Shown here piece by piece: positions 42,697 through 51,569 of a stretch of DNA of 64,000 nt (its first letter is position 1; the number at the start of each line of letters is the position of its first letter). Both the position numbers and the translations under genes were made by a program. Source of the stretch: Nitrospirota bacterium (GTDB lineage: Bacteria > Nitrospirota > Nitrospiria > Nitrospirales > Nitrospiraceae); NCBI GenBank assembly GCA_963701855.1, contig CAVPBK010000006.1, forward strand, positions 224,001 to 288,000, given 5' to 3'. The notes under the pieces are model-generated. The model was not told where the DNA came from, ran no database searches, and worked only from the letters and a program-made list of their open reading frames with translations.

Positions 42697-42863
42697 AATA
42701 GCTCCCTCCAAGCTTGCCTGTTTGCCCTCCTCCGTAATGACACCCATAATCAGTTCTGAGTACGGGCCTCGAACAAATACATTCTCATAGAAATAGCTCC
42801 TTGCAAACATTGATATGACTGATGTGGGTACGATGGAAAGGAAACGGGATGAGGGAAAATCGG

Positions 42864-43364
42864 CTAATTGGAATACTCCCGGCTGGTCTTCTTCGTGGCT
42901 TTCCACTTCCACGGCGGTACGGGATTGGGCTGCGACCATAGGCCTTTGCGCTCGGCCCTGGCCAGTTCTTCAAGCGTCTCAAGGCTGGCATCATTGGAGG
43001 TCGATTTTTGCCACCAGGCCAACCCTTCTTTCAGCAGCTCGTGCCCCACATTGCGCCCGTCAAGCAACAATATCTCAGCAAATACCCGACCCTCCTTGTT
43101 TCGCGTGAGCCCCTGCACAACCACGTCGCGGTTCCCCACGTAGGCAATGATCGCACGCTTCGCCTGTTTCCCGTAGGGCTGCTTGGTCTCAGGGCAATCG
43201 ATGCCTTTAAGATAGATCGTTTCGCTGCGCCCATCGTAACGAACGGTCAATCGATCGCCCTCATGGACGGTGACGACTCTCGCGGCAAAGTCCGCCCATG
43301 ATAGAACTGGACATGTCGCTACCAATGCGAGCACAAGACCAGCCATGATGTGATGCTTCACCAT
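42864..43364 (-). CDS. Secreted thermonuclease (SNase) family protein
   Basis: Signal peptide, GIDCPE..QPYG, GR, GLAW, AR....GLW....PVPPW. Confidence 0.9.
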   Translation of the reverse strand: MVKHHIMAGLVLALVATCPVLSWADFAARVVTVHEGDRLTVRYDGRSETIYLKGIDCPETKQPYGKQAKRAIIAYVGNRDVVVQGLTRNKEGRVFAEILLLDGRNVGHELLKEGLAWWQKSTSNDASLETLEELARAERKGLWSQPNPVPPWKWKATKKTSREYSN

Positions 43365-43460
43365 GATTCACATGCTAGCGCCCCCTAGACCATCTGACCA
43401 TCAATTTCTCGATTTTTGGACAACGAGGAAAGCCACAGGGGGATGAAATGTCTATGCCTG

Positions 43461-43673
43461 CTAGTCTGCATTACTCATGACTGTTCGTGGGAAAATCGCC
43501 TGAAAGCGCGTTCCTCGTGAAGCGCGAGAAAATTGGAACAGGTGAGACGGTCTCTAGACTGAAAGCTGAAGTGTTCGGAAAATCGAGTCGCGCTTTTCCC
43601 GCCAGCCTTGCCCGCCTCGCTTGAGCCAGGCATCGGCGACTGCAGCAGAAGTGTTCATGAATAGTCCTGCTAG
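43461..43673. repeat. Dispersed MITE-like repeat, copy 1
   Basis: CTAG at both ends with imperfect inverted repeats (ATTACTCATGA / ACTATTCATGA); internal segments match 54135-54330 in reverse complement. Confidence 0.65.
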
Positions 43674-43709
43674 CCCTGAGCGTAACATGGGAGCAACCAG
43701 CAGGCAGGT

Positions 43710-44612
43710 TTACGCCGCGTTAGAGACAGGGAAACAATACCTATTCCCACCCGCCTCTTTCGCACTGTCCATCGCAGCCTTCGCACTAGCGAACAGGTCG
43801 TTGATTTCCTGGCCATCGAGCGGGTACACCACCATCCCGAGGCTCACCGTAAGGGTCGCCTCCTGTCGCTCAATGGCCCAAGGCTGCGCGAACACGTTCA
43901 AAATCCGATCTCCGACAATTTCCATATCAGCCCGGCTGTTAATCCCTTCGAGCAGGCAGGTAAACTCATCTCCGCCGAGACGCGCGGCCGTATCGACTTC
44001 TCGCAAGCACTTCTTGAGGCGATCGGCCACCTCTTTCAACAAGAGGCCCTCCGACTCCTGCCCAAATGTCTGACTAGTCTCCTTGAAACGGTCCAGCCCG
44101 CACAGCATCAGACCGACCACATGTTTTTTACGCTTGGCCATGGCCACAGCATGGACCATCCTGTCACGGAACAGCACGCGATTCGCCAGGGTAGTCAGCG
44201 GATCCTGCTGCGCGAGATAGCTCAGATGTTGCTCGGCCTTTTTTCGTTCAACGGCATGCCGAACCGCGCGAGTGAGCTGCGCCGCAGTAGACCCGTCCTT
44301 AATCACAACTTCCTGCGCGCCATGTTGGATCATCTGCCGCTCCGCTGCCTCATCGTCCTTTTCACCGAGCACCACGATTGGCATCCGGCCCAGCGCGGCC
44401 TGGATGAGATCCAACGTATCCAAACCATGGGTGTCGACTAAGGACCGATCCATAAGAATAGCGTCGAAAGACTCGCGACCCAGTCGATGCAGGGCGCTGC
44501 TGAGACGCTCTACGTGGATCACCTCGATCTCCCTCTTATCCGTCTCCCGCAGCATTTCAATGGCGCGCATCGCATCGGCTGGATTGTGCTCGACTAACAA
44601 TACTCGAATCAT
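43710..44612 (-). CDS. Receiver-GGDEF diguanylate cyclase-like protein
   Basis: N-terminal REC domain, DPLTTLANR, ARLGGDEF. Confidence 0.9.
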   Translation of the reverse strand: MIRVLLVEHNPADAMRAIEMLRETDKREIEVIHVERLSSALHRLGRESFDAILMDRSLVDTHGLDTLDLIQAALGRMPIVVLGEKDDEAAERQMIQHGAQEVVIKDGSTAAQLTRAVRHAVERKKAEQHLSYLAQQDPLTTLANRVLFRDRMVHAVAMAKRKKHVVGLMLCGLDRFKETSQTFGQESEGLLLKEVADRLKKCLREVDTAARLGGDEFTCLLEGINSRADMEIVGDRILNVFAQPWAIERQEATLTVSLGMVVYPLDGQEINDLFASAKAAMDSAKEAGGNRYCFPVSNAA

Positions 44613-44772
44613 GCAAGCCTCACAGAACAGATGTATCTCGTCGCCTTGGCAAGGGACTTACGCGCCCATCACGTGCAACAAGACGCTCAACATAGCCCTC
44701 GAAATGAAAACGGTTTTCTTCACCGGCAAACCATCGGACCAGAGGATCGAAATTCGCTCAATGAGAAGATTA

Positions 44773-45045
44773 CTAGACTAGGCCTTCCGACGCCATCAAT
44801 TCGATATATCGATCATGAGGCATCGGCCCAACGAAGTGGAAAATTATACGCCTGGTAGATGCAAATCCCCTATCCGCAGTGATGCAGTCGAACGCGGTAG
44901 CAGGCATGATGTGAGATGTGGAGCCGGCGATCCGGATTGAACGGACGACCTGCGGTTTACGAATCTCCTCCTCCCGAAACTGAGCCAACCCAGCAAGAGC
45001 CATCCTCACGAAGAAACGAAGATTTGGAACAACCATGATCGTCAT
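44773..45045 (-). CDS. Small hypothetical ORF
   Basis: 90-aa ORF only, no recognisable motif. Confidence 0.25.
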   Translation of the reverse strand: MTIMVVPNLRFFVRMALAGLAQFREEEIRKPQVVRSIRIAGSTSHIMPATAFDCITADRGFASTRRIIFHFVGPMPHDRYIELMASEGLV

Positions 45046-45205
45046 AGGTCGTCTTGGTTTGGGCTGCTCGATAGTAGCGTGGTAGCACGTCTACGATCTA
45101 ATGATGACAGTGCCCTCGCTATAAAAGCTTAAAATTTTGGTGAGCCCCTCGGTTGAGACAGTTTGGAAATCTTGATCTGGCGGGAGAAGGCGAGAAACTT
45201 GGAGA

Positions 45206-46616
45206 TGTAGATAGCAAGTTAACTTGTCCGGTTTATGGAGCCCATGATCTGTCCGGTTCTTCTCTTCAAGTTTTTCAGCCGCGCGCCGAAATTGTTGCGC
45301 GCACTGTTGCCCTAGGATCGACGATCGTCGGGACGTTCGATCCGTGGGTCGGGCCATTACGGGCTGGGTGGGCGCGTTCGGTCTCGATCAGCCGGCCATC
45401 CGCCTGGTAGCGGGCCAAGCACCGGGGGCCATGGAACACGGCCACGGTCCCATCCGGATAGGCGTGCACCCGTACCGTGACCTTCACATAATGGAACCGG
45501 TGGGGGTCCTGCGGAATCTGCAGGCTCGTGCCCTGATACCGCACCGTATTGTCCTTGGCCACGACCCGCTCGTCTTGCACACACAGAATCTCGGCGAGGG
45601 ACGTACCGACCCACGGGATGAAGGCGGTGCCCGGTTCGGTCGCTCGCACCATAAACCGCTCGTTATGCTGGGGGAGGAACTGCTCGGTCAGGTACCGATT
45701 GGCCGCCGCCATCTCCGTAATCCCGGCTAGGGCCAACTCTTTGGGCAACCGGCCCTGCAAGGTCCGGAAGGCGCGCTCCGAGCGGCCCCGCGCCTCCGGC
45801 GAATAGGCGGGAATGAGTGTCACCCCCAGTTGCTGCAGCGCGCGGTGCACCTGCGTCAGCCGAAGCGTGTCGACTGTCCCACCGGCCTCCTCTGTCAACC
45901 AGTAGTGCGCGCCCCGGTCGACATAGAGGGAACTAAAGAGCCCTTTCGTCCCGATGACCTCCTGTAAGCTGCGCAAGCTGCTCAGCGTCCCTTCTTCCTC
46001 GACGAAGAAGGCGGAATAGATCTCGCTGGTCGCATCATCGAGCGTCACGATCAAATCCCACTGACAGCCGGGGACCCATTCATGGGTCGAGCCGTCTTGG
46101 TGGAGCATCATGCCCGGCAAGGGTTTGCGAGGCCGCTTCTTGCGGTGGGCCCCGCGTCGGGGAGCCTGGGCCACGTGCCCCGCGGCTTGTAACGTCTTCT
46201 TGGTCCAGCTATAGGACCGCGTCCCGCCATGCTCGGTCTGCCAGCGCTCATGGAAATGCTTCACGGTCCAGCCGGTATAGCGGGTTTGATACAAGGCCAG
46301 CATCGCCACCACGTCATCCACCGGCACGGCCCGGGCGGAGGCTCGGCCGATCCGCCGATCCTGCAACCCCTCGGTCCCCTCCGCATCATACCGGCCACTC
46401 CAGCGGCGAAACGTCCGTTCCGTCACGCCCAACATCGCGCCCGCCTCCGCCATCGTGAGGATCCGTTGCTGCCGTCGTGCATAGAGTTCTTCGAACCGCA
46501 TCTGTCTCACCTCCTGTAGGATCCGTGCCCGTGTCATAGTGGCCCTCCTTGAGGGCGCACCCTAAACCGGACAGATCACGTGCTACAAAAAGCGGACAAA
46601 TGATGTGCTCTCTACA
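45206..46616 (-). mobile_element. IS1202-family (ISNCY) insertion sequence, 1411 bp, with 16-bp target site duplication
   Basis: Ends TGTAGA...TCTACA, each with two CGGACA-containing subterminal repeats; direct repeat GCGAGAAACTTGGAGA at 45190-45205 and 46617-46632. Confidence 0.9.
45275..46537 (-). CDS. DDE transposase (ISNCY/IS1202 family)
   Basis: N-terminal HTH, HQDGS.H.W, LDDATS, YVDR, SPEARGRSER. Confidence 0.93.
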   Translation of the reverse strand: MTRARILQEVRQMRFEELYARRQQRILTMAEAGAMLGVTERTFRRWSGRYDAEGTEGLQDRRIGRASARAVPVDDVVAMLALYQTRYTGWTVKHFHERWQTEHGGTRSYSWTKKTLQAAGHVAQAPRRGAHRKKRPRKPLPGMMLHQDGSTHEWVPGCQWDLIVTLDDATSEIYSAFFVEEEGTLSSLRSLQEVIGTKGLFSSLYVDRGAHYWLTEEAGGTVDTLRLTQVHRALQQLGVTLIPAYSPEARGRSERAFRTLQGRLPKELALAGITEMAAANRYLTEQFLPQHNERFMVRATEPGTAFIPWVGTSLAEILCVQDERVVAKDNTVRYQGTSLQIPQDPHRFHYVKVTVRVHAYPDGTVAVFHGPRCLARYQADGRLIETERAHPARNGPTHGSNVPTIVDPRATVRATISARG

Positions 46617-46632
46617 GCGAGAAACTTGGAGA

Positions 46633-46669
46633 TTGACTATTTCTTATATGTCTATTATTCTGGACATAT
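46633..46669 (+). promoter_or_regulatory. ars promoter with probable ArsR operator
   Basis: TTGACT-17 nt-TATTCT; inverted repeat ATATGTC...GACATAT overlaps the -10 box and the start codon. Confidence 0.6.
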
Positions 46670-47039
46670 GGATATTAAAGAAGCTCTCGCCGCTTTCGAT
46701 ACGCTGTCGCAGGAAACCCGCCTGCGGGTGTTTCGTTTGCTGGTCGAATATGGCCAGGCTGGTGCGCCGGCCGGTACGCTGAGCGAGTCCTTACATATTC
46801 CTCATAACACGCTCTCATTTCATCTGTCGCATATGAGCCATGCGGGACTCGTCGTGTCGCGACGGGAAGGCAGGTCCGTGATTTACCGTGCCAATTTCGA
46901 GTTTTTTTCAGGGCTGATCCGCTACATGGTCGAGGACTGCTGCCGCGCCGAATTTGCCAGTATCCGCAATGACAAAAAGAAGAAATGCTCGATCATTGAA
47001 CTGTCACACTGTTGCGAACCAAAGGAGTACACATCATGA
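46668..47039 (+). CDS. arsR: ArsR-family repressor, C-terminal Cys-pair type
   Basis: LSQETRLRVFRLL, NTLSFHL, SRREGR, EDCC and a further CC pair. Confidence 0.9.
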   Translation: MDIKEALAAFDTLSQETRLRVFRLLVEYGQAGAPAGTLSESLHIPHNTLSFHLSHMSHAGLVVSRREGRSVIYRANFEFFSGLIRYMVEDCCRAEFASIRNDKKKKCSIIELSHCCEPKEYTS

Positions 47040-47509
47040 AACGTTTTCATATCCATGTGGGGGTTGAAAAACTCGACGAATCTATCCGCTTTTACAGTGC
47101 CCTGTTCGGCGCAGAACCAGTGAAAATGAAACCTGACTATGCCAAATGGTTGCTGGAGGATCCCCGCGTGAACTTCGCGATCTCCACGCGTGCGAAGAAG
47201 AAAGGTATCGATCACCTGGGTATCCAGGTTGAGGAAGAGAGCGAACTGACGGAGATGCGCGAACGCATCAAAACCGGAGACATGGCCGTGGTCGAGGAAG
47301 GAGAAACGGTCTGCTGTTATGCCCGGTCGGAAAAATCCTGGATACAAGATCCCGCGGGTATTCCGTGGGAAGCTTACCGGACGATGGAAGACGCCCAGCT
47401 ATTTTCCGGTCAACCCGATCACGCTGAAACTGCCTGCTGTACGCCGGACACGATGGGGGAGCCTGATTGCTGTGCACCGTCTGAAAAATCCGCCGGGTGC
47501 TGCGGCTGA
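47036..47509 (+). CDS. arsI: ArsI/CadI-family VOC metalloenzyme (C-As lyase-like)
   Basis: HIHV, YAKW, NFAIS, DHLGIQV, VCCYA.S.K.W..DP.G..WE; Cys-rich tail. Confidence 0.82.
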   Translation: MKRFHIHVGVEKLDESIRFYSALFGAEPVKMKPDYAKWLLEDPRVNFAISTRAKKKGIDHLGIQVEEESELTEMRERIKTGDMAVVEEGETVCCYARSEKSWIQDPAGIPWEAYRTMEDAQLFSGQPDHAETACCTPDTMGEPDCCAPSEKSAGCCG

Positions 47510-47943
47510 TGAAGTCTGATGCGTTCAAGGTGTTGGTTCTATGCACGGGTAATTCCTGCCGCTCCGTCATGGCTGAAGCGCTCATCAATGATCTCGGCCG
47601 TGGCCGGTATCGGGCATGGAGTGCCGGAAGTGTTCCCGCGGGATATGTTCACCCGAAATCTATCGCGACATTAAACCGGCATGGTATTGATCCCGGTCAG
47701 CCACGCAGCAAGTCATGGGATGAGTGTGCTGCACAGTCATTCGATCTGGTGGTCACGGTCTGCGATCAGGTTGCAGGCGAAAGCTGTCCATTGTTCCCGG
47801 GCAATTCCAAGAAGCTGCATTGGAGCACGCCTGACCCAGCCAAAATCACTGGATCAGAGACCGAGATAGACGCGGCGTTTGATCAGGCTTTTTTCATGCT
47901 CAAGAACTGCATTGAGCAATTAATGATGAGCTGCCCCACTTAA
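47509..47943 (+). CDS. arsC: Arsenate reductase, LMW-PTPase fold
   Basis: CTGNSCRS P-loop, SAGS, TVCD, CP, HW..PDP. Confidence 0.88.
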   Translation: MKSDAFKVLVLCTGNSCRSVMAEALINDLGRGRYRAWSAGSVPAGYVHPKSIATLNRHGIDPGQPRSKSWDECAAQSFDLVVTVCDQVAGESCPLFPGNSKKLHWSTPDPAKITGSETEIDAAFDQAFFMLKNCIEQLMMSCPT

Positions 47944-48215
47944 TTTCCGGGAAACTTATTATGCCTGGCTAATCATCCATAACCACTTCAATCAATGCCC
48001 GCATGTTTCCGAGTATTCCAAGCATTACTTTACCTCTGTTGGTTAAGCTTAGCTGTAAACAATCAAGGGACCGTTGGTTCGCTCTCCAGGCGACCAACAG
48101 TAGTATCTCCCTATGCTTTTCAACCATTTCCGATGCCAGCTCACCGTTTGATCATATACTCACATCAATTAAAGCTACCAAAACTACCTGGTTCAGCGGC
48201 AGTCTATGTCACGAT

Positions 48216-48248
48216 CCGTTACTCATCCGTAATGTACCTGTAACATCT
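48216..48248 (+). promoter_or_regulatory. Pho-box-like triple 11-bp direct repeat upstream of the response regulator
   Basis: CCGTTACTCAT / CCGTAATGTAC / CTGTAACATCT. Confidence 0.5.
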
Positions 48249-48321
48249 GTGGTATATCCTGCTCCGGAATTTGAGTTTCATTTGATCGCGCCAAATATCG
48301 AACTTAATCACTGATGATGAC

Positions 48322-49032
48322 ATGTCACCCCATACACCCAAGAAGATACTGATCATCGAAGACGAGACAGACATTGCTCAGTTGGTGAAACTCTATCTTG
48401 AAAAAGATGAGTTTCGAGCGACGATCGCCACGACTGGTACCGAAGGTCTCGCGCAGATTAAGTCCGACCGGCCCGACATGGTCATTCTGGACCTCATGCT
48501 CCCTGAGATGGACGGATTAGAGATCTGCAAGAAGATCCGTACTGCGCCGGACACCGCCTTGCTCCCGGTCTTGATGTTGACCGCCAAGGCTGAAGAGTCC
48601 GACACCGTCATCGGGCTCGAACTGGGGGCTGATGACTACGTCACAAAGCCGTTCAGCCCCAAAGTGCTAGTCACCCGGGTGAAGGCCTTGTTCCGACGAT
48701 TGGAGCGAGCCGAAGACCCGAAACAAACATCTTACACATATGGTCCGTTGCTGGTGGATCTCTCGCGACACGAAGCACTGGTTGACGGCAAAGAAATTCC
48801 CTTGACCGCAAAGGAATTCGGATTGCTCGAACAACTCCTGCACCACCCTGGCCGGGTGTTGACCCGCGATGTTCTCTTGAATACGGTGTGGGGCTATGAC
48901 TACTACGGCACCACCCGAACCGTAGACGTGCATATCCGTCGTCTAAAGCTCAAGATCCCGCTACTCGACGAAGCCATCATCTCGGTCAAATCTCTCGGAT
49001 ACAAGCTATCTGATCAAATCCCTGTGAAGTAG
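48322..49032 (+). CDS. OmpR/PhoB-family response regulator (PhoB/PhoP-like), no adjacent kinase
   Basis: EDE, LDLMLP, LTAK, GADDYVTKPF, wHTH LTAKEF...RTVDVHIRRL. Confidence 0.9.
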   Translation: MSPHTPKKILIIEDETDIAQLVKLYLEKDEFRATIATTGTEGLAQIKSDRPDMVILDLMLPEMDGLEICKKIRTAPDTALLPVLMLTAKAEESDTVIGLELGADDYVTKPFSPKVLVTRVKALFRRLERAEDPKQTSYTYGPLLVDLSRHEALVDGKEIPLTAKEFGLLEQLLHHPGRVLTRDVLLNTVWGYDYYGTTRTVDVHIRRLKLKIPLLDEAIISVKSLGYKLSDQIPVK

Positions 49033-49055
49033 CTTGAATCGACGATCTGTACAGA

Positions 49056-49354
49056 TGACCGTGGCATGCAAATGGCCTCTCCTCTTTTCGTGTTGTCTCC
49101 TGTCTCTCCTTGTGTCTTGCAGTCATCCTCGAGTGGATGAATTCGAAGCCAGTATTGGCCAGATCACACAGGACGACATGATCCGTCGATTCGGCTACCC
49201 TCAGCGGTTCAAGAAGCTTCCGACCGGGAGTGAAGTGTGGGACTACGAATTCCTGGCAGGGAACTCTCGCTGTGTGGGGTACCGCGTCTACTTTGACGAG
49301 GACCGTCGATCTCAACGGTGGGAACCACGGAACTGCCAGATAGGGGTTCCTTAG
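49056..49354 (+). CDS. Small lipoprotein
   Basis: Lipobox LVSC; FGYP...VWDY pattern resembling SmpA/BamE-like small domains. Confidence 0.6.
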
Positions 49355-49396
49355 AAGAACTGAAAAGCGAACCCTACACATCGGAAACAGATCGAG

Positions 49397-49770
49397 TCAC
49401 TTGGGTTTCGGGGAAGTTCGAGCCGTATCTTTTGGAGAAGAGCCTGCATCGATGGGTTCTTTGATCTGCAGACCTATATCTTGCAGTGCTTTCCCATACT
49501 GCCCACAATACTCACGGGCACGCACCGGCGCCTGCTCATACTTCTCCAAACAAGCACGATACGACGCCAGAAGCAAGGTTGCCTCGTTGTAGACAGCAGT
49601 AGCCGCTTCGTCTTGTCGAAATTGTTGACATTGAATCGCAGCTTCTCTATCGACAATGTCTCGCCCGGCATTTTCCCGCACGTAATGTCGATATACTTCT
49701 GAGGACGCGCACACCCGGCTGTCACAAACAGCAGCGCACACGAAGCCACCACACCAAACGTTTTCATCAT
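49397..49770 (-). pseudogene. Lipoprotein split by a probable 1-nt deletion near 49612
   Basis: MMKTFGVVASCALLFVTAGC...NNFD continues as DEAATAVYNEA... in another frame. Confidence 0.55.
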
Positions 49771-50114
49771 TGAGGCTGCCCAATCGAATTCCTCTATCCA
49801 GCATCACTCATACGGTTCGTTTCGAAACGGCGGAACTTAGAACTTCGGATCGCGCCAGTCTCGTTCGTTTCGTTGAGTCTGAGCCTTTACCATCACACTA
49901 GCACAAGAGCATGTTACGTGTTTGTTAACTTCTTCCTCTTCGAATACAGACTACCACAACAGAAAATCCACTCTCCTTCTCGTTATTCAAAGATCACGTC
50001 ACCTTTTTTTCCTCATCTGCGCACTCACATACACGCTTTACACAAATTTGATCTCCCGCTGATCGTCCGGTGCCTTGGACGTAGTAGAAGTACGACCATA
50101 GGGAGGTGACGCCG

Positions 50115-50537
50115 ATGCCGAACATAAGCTCATCGAACCATGTCTCGATAAATACTTCGTCGAAACACCCGAACATCCGCATGCAGAAGAGCGCAAATTA
50201 CACAGATCTTCGAAACGAACTCAATAGACTACGAACGGTGCTCACACACGAACCCATGATGTCCCCTCTGATCACCACAGAACCCGAACTCTTCCCCGAC
50301 CCTGTCGACCAGGCCGCCGCTGAGCACGAGCTCGATGTCGCCTTGTCCGTGAAAATGCTCGCCATCGAAAAGCTTCGCCGGATCGAACTGGCGCTCACGT
50401 CCCTCCATACACATTCATACGGGATCTGTTCCCGCTGCGATCAAGAAATCCCCTATGCCAGGCTCAAAGTGCAGCCCGATTCGCTCTACTGCGTTCCCTG
50501 CCTCACTCTCGTCGAGCAAGGAGTCGCAAAAAATTAA
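50115..50537 (+). CDS. TraR/DksA-family C4 zinc-finger transcription factor
   Basis: DPVDQA (DxxDxA), YGICSRC..EIP..RL...P....CVPC; start uncertain. Confidence 0.87.
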   Translation: MPNISSSNHVSINTSSKHPNIRMQKSANYTDLRNELNRLRTVLTHEPMMSPLITTEPELFPDPVDQAAAEHELDVALSVKMLAIEKLRRIELALTSLHTHSYGICSRCDQEIPYARLKVQPDSLYCVPCLTLVEQGVAKN

Positions 50538-50779
50538 CCCGATGCCGGACATCTCCTCCGCCATGCCCACACCCGGAGCCCAGCTGCACCCCCCCTCGTG
50601 CACCTGCCTCCACGGGCTTGTCCCTTCCTACCAGGAGAAGGGACAAGCCCCGGGCTGCACCATCCTTAACCCTTACACGCATTGCTCATGCGCGCTTCTG
50701 CGCAGGAAATTCCGATTCAGCAACAGGAGACCACCTGAATGAGTCCCCACAACTCACAACCGTGTAACAAGGAGCAATT

Positions 50780-50998
50780 ATGCGATGCACCCGTTGTGCC
50801 GGCCTGAGAGTACCCGAGATCATCTATGAGGGAGGAAGCAGAGTCGCAGCCCTACGATGCGTGCACTGCGGAGATGTCATCGACCATGTGATCGCCTTCA
50901 ACCGCCAGCGCCGCCGTCATCCAAAACCAAGCAGAAGCGGCCGAACACCCATCTACGGAAGAGATCGATGGAAGAAGAATAAACCGTCACTCGTGTGA
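50780..50998 (+). CDS. Small zinc-ribbon protein with basic tail
   Basis: AAGGAG RBS; CTRC...CVHCG. Confidence 0.7.
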   Translation: MRCTRCAGLRVPEIIYEGGSRVAALRCVHCGDVIDHVIAFNRQRRRHPKPSRSGRTPIYGRDRWKKNKPSLV

Positions 50999-51117
50999 CT
51001 CCGACTCGTGAGACGACCCATTCCTACAGCTCACGGCCGTCAATTCAAACAATGCTTTTTGACACCAGCGTCTTCCTTTGGTTTGCTTTGTTCATCTGGT
51101 TCAAGCAAATAAACAAG

Positions 51118-51459
51118 CTAGACGGGAGGACTCATGCGCATCTGGTGAGTTGTATAGGCGGCACGAATGTACTCTTTCTCGCTTTCTGATCCTCGTATAT
51201 GTAGCCACAACGGCCCGCCATTCGGCGCCGCGACAAGCACGAAGATTAATTGCGGAGAATGCTGTCCCTCAAACACAATGTAATCGGCGATGCGCCTGAC
51301 GAGGAGTTCTGATCGACAAAATTTGAAGGCATAGCCGCCCTCGATTTCTTGAATCTCCGCCATATATTTGAAAAGCCCCGTTACCAATATTTCACGGCGG
51401 AATGCGAGCGCCGAGTCTGAAAAACGTGTCACCAGGGATTGATTAAATGAGCTGTGCAT
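51118..51459 (-). CDS. Hypothetical protein
   Basis: Protein-like ORF (GGYAFKF...GGPLWL.I.G....KEYI); start uncertain. Confidence 0.5.
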   Translation of the reverse strand: MHSSFNQSLVTRFSDSALAFRREILVTGLFKYMAEIQEIEGGYAFKFCRSELLVRRIADYIVFEGQHSPQLIFVLVAAPNGGPLWLHIRGSESEKEYIRAAYTTHQMRMSPPV

Positions 51460-51569
51460 GATTGAGCCCCTGCGCGCACGCCACATTGACTGAGCGGGAA
51501 ACCTGCAGATCGATACGCTTCCTTGAATGGACCTTCACTGATTCATCCATTCGCAAACAAGGACACTGA

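Noticed and set aside
45150..45205. dif/xrs-targeted insertion of the IS1202-family element
   Set aside because: The xrs-targeting subgroup makes 5-6-bp duplications; here it is 16 bp and no XerC/XerD site is apparent.
47944..48200. Arsenite efflux gene remnant after arsC
   Set aside because: AT-rich sequence with no long hydrophobic frame resembling Acr3 or ArsB.
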